Assembly: GCA_965178125.1 (NCBI GenBank)
Contig: OZ237769.1
Coordinates: 496,001 to 560,000 of the forward strand
DNA: 64,000 bases
Reading direction: 5' to 3'
DNA from: Bilabrum cf. latius
Taxonomy: Eukaryota
The translations under genes were made by a program, and so were the position numbers. Below, piece by piece: positions 35,101 through 46,703 of this stretch (position 1 is its first letter; each line of letters starts with the position of its first letter). Under the pieces are notes generated by a model, which saw only the letters and a list, made by a program, of their open reading frames with translations, ran no database searches and had not been told where the DNA came from.

Positions 35101-38100
35101 CGATTGCTCGAACGACAGGACTGCCGGAGGCTTCGTTCAGGCTGTGGGCCGTCTCGAGAAACATCTCGGCGTGCACTGCCAGGGCCAAGATGCCCGTGCC
35201 TCGACCAAGGGTCTGTCCTGAGGCGAGGGACGAGCAACCAGGCAGCAAAGATGGAAGCGCGGGCGATCCAGAGCCTCTCTCAACTGAGCAAGCAGATCAA
35301 GACCCACCTGCTGCAACAAGGGCAGCAGAGGCCCATTGGGACTCGCTGCTCGCCCAGGAAGCAGCCATGGACCACCGTGGAGTCGTTGGCAGCATCAAGC
35401 AGGTCGTGTCACATTTCCACCTGCCGTCGTGGGCCATGCGACGGAGCGATGCACCAGCACCGTCATCCGCTTCTTCGTCCTCCTCCTCTTACTCGTCGTC
35501 ATCATCCTCGTCAGCAGCTGCAGGCACATCCCACTCCAAGGAGTCTCGCGACTCACCCGTCAAGCAGCCGACTGTGTCCGAGTACATCGCGACCCTCCGC
35601 GGCTTGGACCTGCAGGAGAAGCACCTGCCGGAGGGATTGCCCCCCTCCCTGCGAGGAGACGACGACGGGCAGCCGAAGGCCGTGCCGGTGCTGCTGCTGG
35701 AGGTGCTCGCAGGGGAAGGGAGCGGCAGTGCAGCCGACAGCAAAGGTTTCAGCAGCGCCAAGCTGGCTAAGCCATCGTCTGCTGCATCCTCCAGCACAAG
35801 CACAACCGCAGCAGCAGCGTCAGCGGACCAAGCAGGCACGCTCCAGGCTGGATCCGACCTGGCCATTCTGCAGCGGGCCGCTGCCTCGCTGCCTCCCCAG
35901 GCCTTCGTGCTGCAGGCAGACGATGACGTGGGCCGGGCCGGCGCTGCTGGCATGGCAAAAAGTGACCAGTCCACGGATGGATTGCCACCCGCAGCTCAGG
36001 CAGCGGGCATGACGATCGGATCAGCGGGGCGGGAAGCGGGTGGTCCTCCCGTTGCGGTGTCTCTGTCAACAGCCTGCCTCGAGGAGTTGGGACGGTCAAT
36101 TGCCAGTACTATGGCTGGGGCCGGGGCTGGTGGAAGTGCGATGGTGGGACCAAGTGGCATGTGGAACGTACACCCTGCGCTGCGACCGATGCTTCCGCCC
36201 GGCGGAATCAGTGGGCCTGATTTGGTGCCTGACGTGCCTCGGGGAATCGCGCCTAAGTGCGGCATGCTGCAGTGCTGCTTCGCGGCTCACGTGCCTCTTG
36301 CAGCCAGGTGCGCTGGGGGGACTCTCGCGTCTGCCTCCCCTGGTACCTGGGGCGCATCCAGCCCCCTGGTGCCCCTTGGCATGGGTGTGATCCATCCACT
36401 CGTCACAGGGGAAGACCTGCACGCAATGGGCGAAAGGCTGCTAAGCAGACACCCCGCCTGGGGACGTGGGTGGGGCAGGGTCGGCGTGTATGCGCTGGGC
36501 ACCAGCAGCTCTGCCAGGATCGAGTGCACTGCATGGCCAGTACTCATGCGGCTGCCTGGTCCGCAGAAGCCGGGGAGGGTCGGAGGTGACCTGCGGACCT
36601 CCAACGACCTGAGTGAGCTGGGGCTGGGCGAGGGGCTGGACACGCTGGCAGCGGTGGGCGTGGAGGAGACGAGGGTGAGGAGGAAGCGGGAGGAGAGAGA
36701 GGCAAAGGAGAAGAAGGCCCGAGAGGAGAAGGAGAAGCAGGAGAGAGTGTCGTTGTTCTTCCAGGGGAGCGGGCGGAAGGCGGGTGGGGGGACTAGTTCC
36801 AATTTCGGGTCGTCTGCTTGGTCGGGCAAGGGCGGCTTTCCTAACGGGAGCTCTGGTGGGGGCAGAGGCACGAAGCTTGAGTTGCTGGAAGTGGCGCGGG
36901 CGGCGAAAGCCAAGGCTCTGCGTGGCCTTGCGAAGGAACAAGCCAGGAACCAAGCCAAGGGGCATGAAAGCGGGGCCAAGGCAAAGAGGTCCGATGTGCT
37001 GGGCAAGAGTGACCCCATTGGAGCAGGGGACGCACCCGTGCCACCCCAGGGCGGGGGGCCCGCGGCACCGAGCGGGGCTCAGCCAAGCACTGCATCTACC
37101 AGCAACTGCGACACGGGCAGAGGCGGGGCTACGCCTCCGAAGGATGCGCCCGAGAAATCCGACACGCCGCCCATCGTCCGGCAGAACACAGGCATCGACG
37201 AGAATGCCCTGCAAGAGGTGGGCAAAGTAGACGACAAGTCCAAGCCGCCCGCGAGTGGCACTGCACCGGTGATCAAACCCGTGCTACCCCCTCCCGAGGT
37301 GCGCCCCTCCCCGGGCACAGCCACCAGCAAGAAGCAAGCACCCCCCGCCGCACAGGCCTCCCCCCGTGCTGGCAAAGGTGCTGGGTCACCAGCGAACAAG
37401 ACGTCCCGGAGCGGGGTCGAGAAGACAGCTGCAGCGCCTGCCACCGCCACCGTCGGCAAGCAACCAGGCCCTTTCCTCGGCAGGGGCGACTCACACATGA
37501 AGTTGGGTGCATCGCACGGTGGTGCAGACGGCCCCCCATCTCCCGAGCTCCCCAGCGGCAAAGACTTCAGGCAGAGGCTCCTCCGGTGGATCGGGCATGC
37601 ACGAGGGCGCAGCCAGGGATAGGGAACCAAGCAGGACCGTGCCGCCGCTGTATCCCGGGCCCGCGCCATGATGGAGCACCCGCCCTCCTTCCTCCCTGCA
37701 GAGTCGGGGCACGTGCTGGTCTTCGCGCTGGAGAGGGGAGGTGTGGCGAGTGCGCCTGAGGTCGCCAAGGAGCACCCACAGGAGGAGGCGCCAGCGGGGG
37801 AGACCCAGCGCAAGCCAGCAGCGGTGCTGGGTCGGAAGAGGAGCCGCAGAGGGTCCACACTGGGCCAGACCCGGGCATCGAACGGAGGGCCTGACGGCAG
37901 CACGCACGGGAGTGCCCCCGATGCTGCTACTAGGACGCCCGCATCCTCCGGTGCCTCGGCCGGATCCCCACTGGTGGACCAGAGCGAGGCCGCACTGGCC
38001 CTGCTGGAGGCCCCGCAGGCTTCCCTCGAGGAGTGGGACGGCAGAGGGGGCAAGAAGAGGCAGCGCATCGCAGGGAGTAAAGGCGCAAAATCAGAAGGTC

Positions 38101-41100
38101 GAGACGCATTGAAAGCCGCTGGGGCTGCTGCTGCTTCCACGGGTGCATCGGATTGGGCCCTCCCCTGTCTGGCGGCGGCGGCCCGGGCCGCAGTGGAGGG
38201 TGGGCTGGCCAACGCCCGTGATGGTGTGACGAGCGCCGATGTGACGAGTGATAATGACGTGGAGCACGGCCCTGTTCCTGCAGGCTCCTCTGCGGACTCA
38301 TTCCCGTCCTGGCTGGCGCGGTGCCTGGGCTCCCCCGTGATCAGGCTGGACCCGGTGCCAGCAGTGGGCAAGCGGCCCAAGCCCAAGCCGCAGTCAGAGA
38401 CGGAGACAGGCACAGGGGCTGGGAAGGGCTCCTCGGCAAGCCCCGCAAGCAGCGACGGCGGGCGGTAGTCAGTGGCGGGTGCGGGGCCCAGCAAGACCCC
38501 CGTCGCGGACTGGACCCCCCCGGGCGGGGAGGGCGTGATAGCGTGCGAGCGCGCGTGGGCTTCCATGGGCAAGGAGGAGAAGCAGCTGCTGAGGAAGAGG
38601 AGGGAGGCAGCCGTGATGATGGCCACTGCTGCCGGGCTGCTGGCCCCGCCCTCCGCATCCGCGCCCGCCCCCCTCTCGCAGGGCGCTGGGCTGGGATCGG
38701 GACCGGCGCGTGCCTCCCACTCGCAATCGCCGGGAGGAGCAGGTCCAAGCGGGGGCCCATTCGTTCTCGCGCCGCAAAACGTTCGCCTGTGGCTGGACCT
38801 GGAGGTTGCAACCGCCTGCGAGCTGGTGGCTGCGCTCTGCATGCTGCCAGTCCCCGCCAGCCACGTGAGGCTGGTGCACCTGGAGGGGCATGTCCCCACC
38901 ACGGGGACGAAGCAGCCCAAGGTGTAGGGCAGTGGCACCGTGATGCAGCGCACGGGGGACGGGCCCCCCACGGTGGGGACACCCGTGAGGTGCCCCCTGG
39001 AGATGCACCTGGCACAGCGGGGCATAGACCCGGCCTCGCCCGCCGCCAGGCTGGCTGCCCGCGGCGGCACGGTGGCCGGCAGCGCCAATGACACGTAGCC
39101 GACACCGATTCCATCCTCGTCTCAAGTCGCGCCGGGCCCCCGTCCTCTGGTGCTGCGTGACCTCTTGCCGGCGCCCCCCTTGCCTCAGTCCACAGCTTGG
39201 AGCAAGCCGCCCAAGGCCTGGCAGAACCCGCTGGCGCCTAGAACAGTGTACTTCGAGGTGCTGTCCCGGCCCCGCTGGCAGATCCAGAGGAGGGTCCGTC
39301 TGCCCGTGAGGTACCTGGGCTGGGACGAGGTGTGCCAGGCGTGCTATGAGAGGCACCCCCACTGGGCAAAGGCACTTGAGGACGCGCAAGCAGCGGGAGG
39401 GAATGATGAGGGGGGCACTGAGCAGGCGCTCCCTCCGAGGGTCCAGGGAACAGCGTCCCAGCCCACCAGTCTCCAGGTGAGCCCCGATATCCGTGGTTCA
39501 ATCGATGGCGAGGGCGGGCTGCTGGCAGAGGTCAGGAGGGAGCTGGGCCTGCCTGCCTTCGTGAGGCTGAGAGTGACGGTGCTGGACTGCCTGCAGGACT
39601 CCGCGGGGGTGGGCAAAGCGGCGCTGCAGAAGGCCGCTTCTCTGCACTTCCGCGCGGGTGCGTCGTCCTCGTCCTCGTCGTCTCTACCCTCGCCCACAGG
39701 GGGTGTGGGACAGGGCAGCGGGGCGGGGGCGACCGCCTTTATGCCGTCAGGCGAGACGAAGCAGCAGGCGGAGGCTCGGCTGGGCGTGCCACCGCTGGGG
39801 AAGTGGGGCATCGCGCCAGGTGCCGCGCTGGGGGGCAAGGGTTACTTCGGCTCCGGGTCCTCCGGGGGCGAGGGGTCCGAGCGTGTGCCTCTTGGGGGGC
39901 TATCGGGCGTGCTGCCGGGGCGCGTGACGGTGCTTGAGCTGGCCGAATGGATGCTGCAGCGGAGGAACAAGAGGGCTGGGGGGCACGGGCAGGGCGGGTC
40001 AGCGGGCTGGAAGGGATGGCAGAAATCGTCGATGCTGTCATCGTCTCGCTCGACCGATGCAGCGAACGCACCCTTGAATCGGACCCCTGGCACCTTCACG
40101 TACGAAAAATGGGACGAATACCGCAAGGAGAGGGTGATACAGCCCGGCAGTGCAGAGAACGGCGGGCACGTCGGCATAGGGGTGCAGTTTTCCGCCGAGG
40201 AGGCCATGACTCACGCGCTGGCAGGGCTCAACACCAGGCCCAGGGCCGGTCCTCGGCTGGATCTCCGGGCGAGCACTGATCCGATCCTCAGGGGACACAA
40301 GGCGTAGCTGCAGAGGGCAAGGAGGCTGGCACGCGCACTAGGTATTCGGCCCGGAGATTCAAGCCACAATTCGGGCCACAATTCGGGCCACAGCTTCGGG
40401 CAGCAGCCCCCTGCCAGCGCAGCTGCGGTTGCTGAGGGTGCCGCTGTGGCCGCGGCCAAGGCGTACTACGAAGGAGACAATGCGATGAGTGGTAGTGGTG
40501 TGACGAGTGGGGACTTGTCCAGTCAATGGGCTCGTCTGCTGGAGGAGAGGGTGGCGTACGACGAGGAGGAGTCTCCGGCCGTGAGCGGGACTGGGACCAG
40601 CCCTCCCCACGGTTCAAATGCAGCACAGGGCGTCCGCGCTCCTCCCCTGCCCCCCTCGCTCCCTGCTGCCCACGCCAATAGGCCCAGCGCTGCACCACGC
40701 CGACCCCCCGCACAGTTCAAAGCAGGGCCCTGGGACCAAGAGGCACTGGCTGCGATAGCCCAGGACGTGGATGCGGCAGGGTACCGCAGGCTGCAGGGGG
40801 CTGGGCTGCTGGTGCTGGTGGAGCCCGTGCCCTGGTGGGAGCCGGAGTGCCCCGGGGTGCTGGCACCTGCACCGCCGGCGTGGGCGAGGGCGAGGCAGGA
40901 GTGTCCTGCCGCAGAAGGCGGTCCCAAGACCGAGGGATCGAGCCAGCCTGCCGGCGAGGAGAGGCAGAGCTCAGGGGAGCAATCGGGAGCGGCAGCCATG
41001 GAGGATGAGGAGGGTGACGAGGATAAAGAGAATCGGTCACGTCAAAAGCAGGAAGAGGACGGGGGCCAGGACAAACAGAATGAGCAAGAACAACAGAGGA

Positions 41101-43994
41101 CGAAGGAGGAGGTGGAGGAAGAGGCCGCCGTCAGCGAGATTCTCTCGACCCCCAGGCCTCTTGTTCCCCGGGACCAGCCCTGGTCCTACCTCGCCGACGC
41201 ACTGGAGGGAGAGGCCCTCGAGTGGGTGTGCGTGGGTTGCCCGCCCAAGCCCTCCCACCAGGACGACGACAAGCAGGCGTGGCGCTGGCTGGACCCGGCC
41301 CCTGTCAGCAGGGATGGAGATGGCCAGGACAGCGGCGAGGGGGGCACCTCATTGGTGCAGCCTGCTGAGCTGACCGGATCTCTGCCACCCGTTGGGGATG
41401 GAAAGCGTCTCCACAGGGGGTATCAGCTGGCCAGGCCGGGTCGTGGGCTCAGCGGCAGGGCGGTGCTCGTGCCCGTCAGGCGGGGCGCATCGGCGGGCGA
41501 GGTCGTGGCCTATGCCGCCGCCAGGTTGGGCATCCCTGAGAACCACCTGAGCGGGATCGTGCCGCAGGTGCTGGCAGCGGGTCGGTGTCCCGGGAGCAAG
41601 GAGCAGGACGACGTGCCTGCGCATGTGAGGACGCTCGTGTGGAACGCGCCGGGGGGGCAGCTGGGTCATGGGGCAGCCGGTGAGAGGTCTACCAGCGTTT
41701 CGGAGCAGCGGGGTGGTGGGCAGCGAGACCGTGACGGGGATAGGCCAGGGAACAAGGAGACCATCCGGTCTTGGAGCTCCGGTGGGGATTTAACTGATCG
41801 GCTGCGCGAGCTCCGAGGCGCCTTTGGGCTGCAGCAGCAGGGCGGTGGCCAGGTGTCGCTGGGCGAGCTGAGTCCCATCGACTGGCACGCTGTTCCCTGG
41901 GAGGAGTGCTGGGACGCAGTGGCCCCTCTGGACCCGAGGGCCGCGGTGGATGAGATGCAGGAGCGGGCCGTGCTGCGATAGTGCATCGAGCACATGCGGC
42001 CACGCGAGGCAGAGGACAAAAAGGAGTATGCTGGAAAGCAAGGGGCTACAGCGACCGGCGATGGCAAAGTGGAGCAGACGAAGGGAGCGAGCGGCCAGGC
42101 ACCCGCTGCATTGGGCTAGTCGAGCAGGTGCAGGCAGCAGCCGCCGATGGAGACCGAGGACGGCGACAGTGCCGGCAATGCGGGAGCGATGCACGCCGCG
42201 GCAGACCCTGGCCAAAGCGGACCTAGTGGCCAAAGTCGCTTCGACGTGCTCCACCGCGCTGCTCAGCTTGCAGACCCCATGCAGGCTGGGCCCGCCCTCT
42301 TCTCCCTGTTCCTCACAAAAGAGGAGAAATCGAGGACAGGGGCTGGCACTGGCACTGGCACTAGCGGTGTGCGGGGCTCCACCGGTGGAGAGCCTGCGCC
42401 GGCCTTGCCACCAGAGGCCGCAGGATCTGATATCGGTGCCAGCAGTGGCTCGGGCGACGGCCGAGAGGATATCGTGCCGGTGAACGACCCCGTGAGCGGA
42501 TTCAGGCACGTTCCTCCCATGGGCAGCGACTCGTTCTCCGCCTCGTCCTCGCCGTGGCCTGCTTTTGCCGCCTCCTCCTCGTCTGCTCGCCCGTCCTCGG
42601 GGGAGAAGCTCAAGACCCTTCCGCCTATCGTGCGGTCCCAGCGCAGCTCCGTGGCCAGCCTTATCAGACGGCATGCGCCGAGCGTGCGCTTGCACCGTAC
42701 CAAAGGGATCATCGTTCCAGATCGCTCCGGGGCACAAGCCATGAAGGACCTCAGAGAGAAGCTGGAGGCGGTAGAGCTGCCCAAGGTGCTCCTGGGGTTA
42801 TTCATGCACCCGTCCGCGGCGGAGAAGGAGACCGAAGCCCGCTTCTCCATCGCTGAACTCAAGCACCACTAGAGGGTGAACAGAAACAACTTCCACACCG
42901 AGCCGGACGTGGCCGCTCTGTGGCACGCGGCCGATGTGGGCTGGGAGGATTTCCTCTGCATGCTGCGGGACAGGGGCAGGCGCGGGGCCCCGTGCAAGTC
43001 GCTCGATGAGGTGCTGGAGGAGCACCACACCAAGGGGATGAGCCAGGGTGCCGGGGCGTGGGCCCATGTCCCGTCCGGCTAGAGCGATGTCTTTGGCGCC
43101 TCCGAGGGGGGCAGCAGCACCAGCAAGGGGGCATTTGACGAGCTGCCCGCCCTGGCGCCGCACCGATCCACCGGTGGACGGATGGGGCCCCTCCCGAGCG
43201 GCCCCCATGCGGCAGGCCGGCCTCTCGCCGCGCCTGTGCCCATGCACCACAGCAAGCGCTGGGGCTGGCGGCAGCTGCTGGGCGTGGACAGCGCGGCGGG
43301 CGGGTACCGTGCGCAGATCATCACGGGGCACTCCTAGTCGGGGGGGTCTAGGGCGGGCCACGCCCCCCTGTTGGGGTCAGAGGGTGAGCTGCGGTACGGT
43401 AGCAGGCAGGGTGGCTGCAGTGGTGCTGTGATCGGGGGCCAGCTGTCCAGCGCCAGCGTGAACGTGGCCTCGCGCATGGTGCGGGAGGAGCTGGGCCGGG
43501 GTGTGGCGTGGCCTACCAGGGGTCCTCTGGTCCTGAGCGTGCTGCCTGGCCTGCCAGTGAGTGGTGCGGGGAACACGCAGATCCCCGTGGTGCAGGTCCC
43601 GGTGCTGCTGCTGAGCAGAGTGAGGGAGAGGGAGCCCGTGGCCGACGCGGAGGATCGGATCAGGGATCGGATCAAAGGGCCTCCTCAGGGGGGGTGTGCC
43701 GCTGGGGGTTAGGCTGACATGGAGAGCGACGGTCCCTCGCTGGACAGCAGCGGTATTTCCATGGGGAGTGCTCTGGCTGGTGGTGGTGCCGCTGGCCCCT
43801 TTGAGGATCAGGCCAGTGGTCGGGACTGGCCGGCGCTGCCCGCGTGGTTTGCGGCGGAGGATGAGGGGGCGGTCTTCGAGGCCTTCGCGGGGTGCTCCCG
43901 GGGCCGCATGCAGAAGGCCCCCGAGGTAGCGGGGGGCAAGGGGTGGTCCAGGGGAGGCAGGCAGCACCGGGGGGGCATCACCATCCGCGGGTGA
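27135..43994 (+). CDS. USP7: Giant USP7/UBP12-like deubiquitinase (~5,570 aa): divergent MATH-like domain, UIM, split USP domain, long C-terminal region; exons 27135-27526, 27665-43994; 25 in-frame TAG
   Basis: Cys box GMVGIVNQGATCYLNSVLQ, SFGWDRSDSFTQHDAQEL, LDGPNKYAAGRHGKQAA, PPVLFLQLKRFDYN, His box LHSVMVHRGSATGGHYFAFVRP, WFRFDDSTV, SAYMLVYV. UIM-like EKELQEALQRSMQD; terminal GGITIRG-TGA. All sub-ORFs from 27714 to 43994 share one frame and are separated only by TAG. The 5' exon is less certain. Confidence 0.87.
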
Positions 43995-44467
43995 CTCGGC
44001 TGGATTCATGGTTCGAATGATCGCGTGCTCGTGCAATTCATTACGGCGCACCCGTTTCATTGCCCGCGAAGTTCCGGGCCGACGACTCGGCGCTAGAGCT
44101 CTGCATCCGATCGGATCCTCTGACGTGCCTCACACATCAATGACGAACCAACATGTAGAGATATCTAAATTATTCGTTTGTTCTAGACGAACGACTTGTA
44201 GGCGTACCAATAATAAGGTCGCATTTACCATCGAGTCATGAACTTTAGATCAGATGATAGCCTCCGTGCGCAGAGATCTCTGTAGTCGGCTCTCGAGCGA
44301 AGAGACGATCGCAAGCTTCAGTAGCTGCTGTCCGCGCACCCCTACTTATACAGCTCGCCAAACATCGGGAGCGCTCTACTCCATGTCGCTGGTGAGATAG
44401 TTAATAAGTATTGCGCGTAAATGTACGTAGGCATATCGCAGGGTCGACTTTGGCATGGCTTCAATCA

Positions 44468-46519
44468 ATGTGCAGCTAGACGAGCACCAAACTCAAGTAT
44501 GCTGTGATTCATTTGCTTATCGCAGTTTCTATCGATTTTCCGTCCGGCTTGCAAATCATGCTCGGTGGCATGGCAGATGTTGATGCACGTGTTCTGGGTT
44601 CCACAGCGCTACAAGTCGCTTGTTTCTGCGGCAACGCAATGTGCGTTCGGGCGTTGTTGAAGGCAGGAGCGGGAGTCAATGATATGTCGGTATTAAGCGA
44701 TTCGCCACTTTTTCGAGCTTGCGTAAATGGGCACTTGGAAATCGCTGAGATCCTTATTGACGCGGGCGCAGATATGAACGCATCCAGAGACAATGAAATA
44801 TGCCCTCTTGACGCTGCAATCGCCAATGGTCACTATGATTGCGTGCGTCTGCTGTTAAATTCGGGCGCAGATGTTTATTCCAGGCATGAAAGTGCAGGAT
44901 TGGTGCAACGTGCCTGCGCAGGTGGTCGCACGAACTGTGCCCAAGTCCTGATCAGAAACGGGGTTGAAATAGACGACATGAGTCACCGCGGGCTCGCACC
45001 AATTAATATAGCTAGTGCTTTCGGGCACGCAGCCTGTGTGCGCATGCTCCTAGACGCAGGAGCCAGCCTGCATCCAAGAGACACTGACATCTAGACAGCG
45101 CTAGTGTTAGCTTGTAAGGATGGGCACAGCGAATGTGCGCGCACGCTGATCGACGCTGGTGCCGACGTAGATGTCAGTTTTGAGCGTGATCGATTTGTGC
45201 CGCTGTATCATGCTGCAATGGAGGGGCATGCAGACTGTGTTCGCCTGCTGCTGAAGGCCGGTGCTACCAGCGAGGCAACGTGTTTGGGTCACTACCCTGT
45301 GTATGCAGCGGCTGAAAAAGGTCAAAGCGAGTGCATCGCACTATTGTGTGCGGCTGGCGCAGATGCCAATATATTGCCCGGATGCTTTGGAAGCATGTCA
45401 GCTCTGATCGCTGCATCAGAACGCGGGCACGCAGACAGCGTGCGTGTGCTATTGCAGGCTGGTGCAAACGCGAACGTCAGGGGTTAGGACGAAATGACCG
45501 CGCTAGGTGCTGCTTCTCAACAAGGACATGCGGGTTGCGTGCAGGTGCTGCTGGATGCTGGTGCCGATGCGAATGCTACATTTGAGGACGATAGAACTCC
45601 ATTGCACGTTGCATGCGAGATCGGACACGCGGCGTGCGTGAGGCTGCTGGTCAAGGCTGGGGCAAGCGTTGATGCCTGTGATGATGATGGCGACCGGCCG
45701 TTGCACCATGCGTGTGAGCAGGGTTCCACTGAATGCGTGCGGATCCTGATGGCATCCAACGCGAAGTTGAAGACAAGCAATGCCAAAGGTGAAACCCCGC
45801 TGCATTTGGCTGCCGACGGAGGTCACACTGAGTGCGTGCGACTCCTGCTGGAGGCTTGGGCATTGGATGGCCTCGAACATTTAAGTGACGCTGTGCCCCT
45901 GCATATAGCCTGTCGTGGAGGCCACGTGGACTGTGCTCGTGTGATGATCGATGCCGGGGCCAGCGTGAATGCAAAAGGGCCCGGCGGGCACACGCATTTA
46001 GAAATCGCTGCAATCAACGGGAATGTGGATTGCGTTAGGCTGCTGCTGCATGCTGGGGCATTCGCGGACAACTTATCCTCGCAATCTATCATGGAGGATA
46101 GATCTATCAACTCTTGTGTTCTTCGCAGCAAGATCGTGCAAGCTTGCCGCCTGATTGAGCGATTCAGCAAGAGAGCGCATCACCTGGCAGCCTGGAGACA
46201 CGCCGCCGACGCGCACAGGGACGGGGCCATGGTCTTCAATGCGGCGGCATACGGCAGGCCTATGGAGCTGGGCAAGCGGCTGAGGCTGGGCAAGCTGGCG
46301 GGCGGGCTGCATCGAAGAGGCCAGGCCTAGAGTGGGAGTATGGTGTCTCCGCTGCAGGCTGCCATGCAGGGGGGGCACACTGACTGCGTGAAGGTGCTGC
46401 AGGCCCACGGGGCGCAGTTGGGAGAGTCGGAGATGAACTGGGTGCAGATGCAGAGCTGTCAGCTGCAGCAAGAGAGGGCTCGGGTAAAAAAGCTAGAAGC
46501 TCAATTGGCTGCATTGTAA
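44468..46519 (+). CDS. Ankyrin-repeat protein (roughly 16 repeats) with a C-terminal coiled coil; in-frame TAG at 44477, 45092, 45485, 46328; ends in TAA
   Basis: Repeated TPLH.A...GH..CV.LLL.AGA units continue in register across the TAGs, e.g. DTDI(TAG)TALVLAC, NVRG(TAG)DEMTALGAA, GQA(TAG)SGSMVSPLQAAMQGGHTDCV. Start position is uncertain. Confidence 0.88.
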
Positions 46520-46703
46520 CCGACTGTGTACGGCTAGCAAGGAGCTACGGGTTTAACCTGTGGATCTGTTCTTTTCAAAATCCGAGATTAAGGGTATCTG
46601 TACAGGATCCTTTGGGGGATTGTTCAGTCTGCATGACTGTGGATCTGAGATTTTGAATTAGCATAACCCTGTGCAGCCTATTCTAGACCGTGTATAATTA
46701 GGA

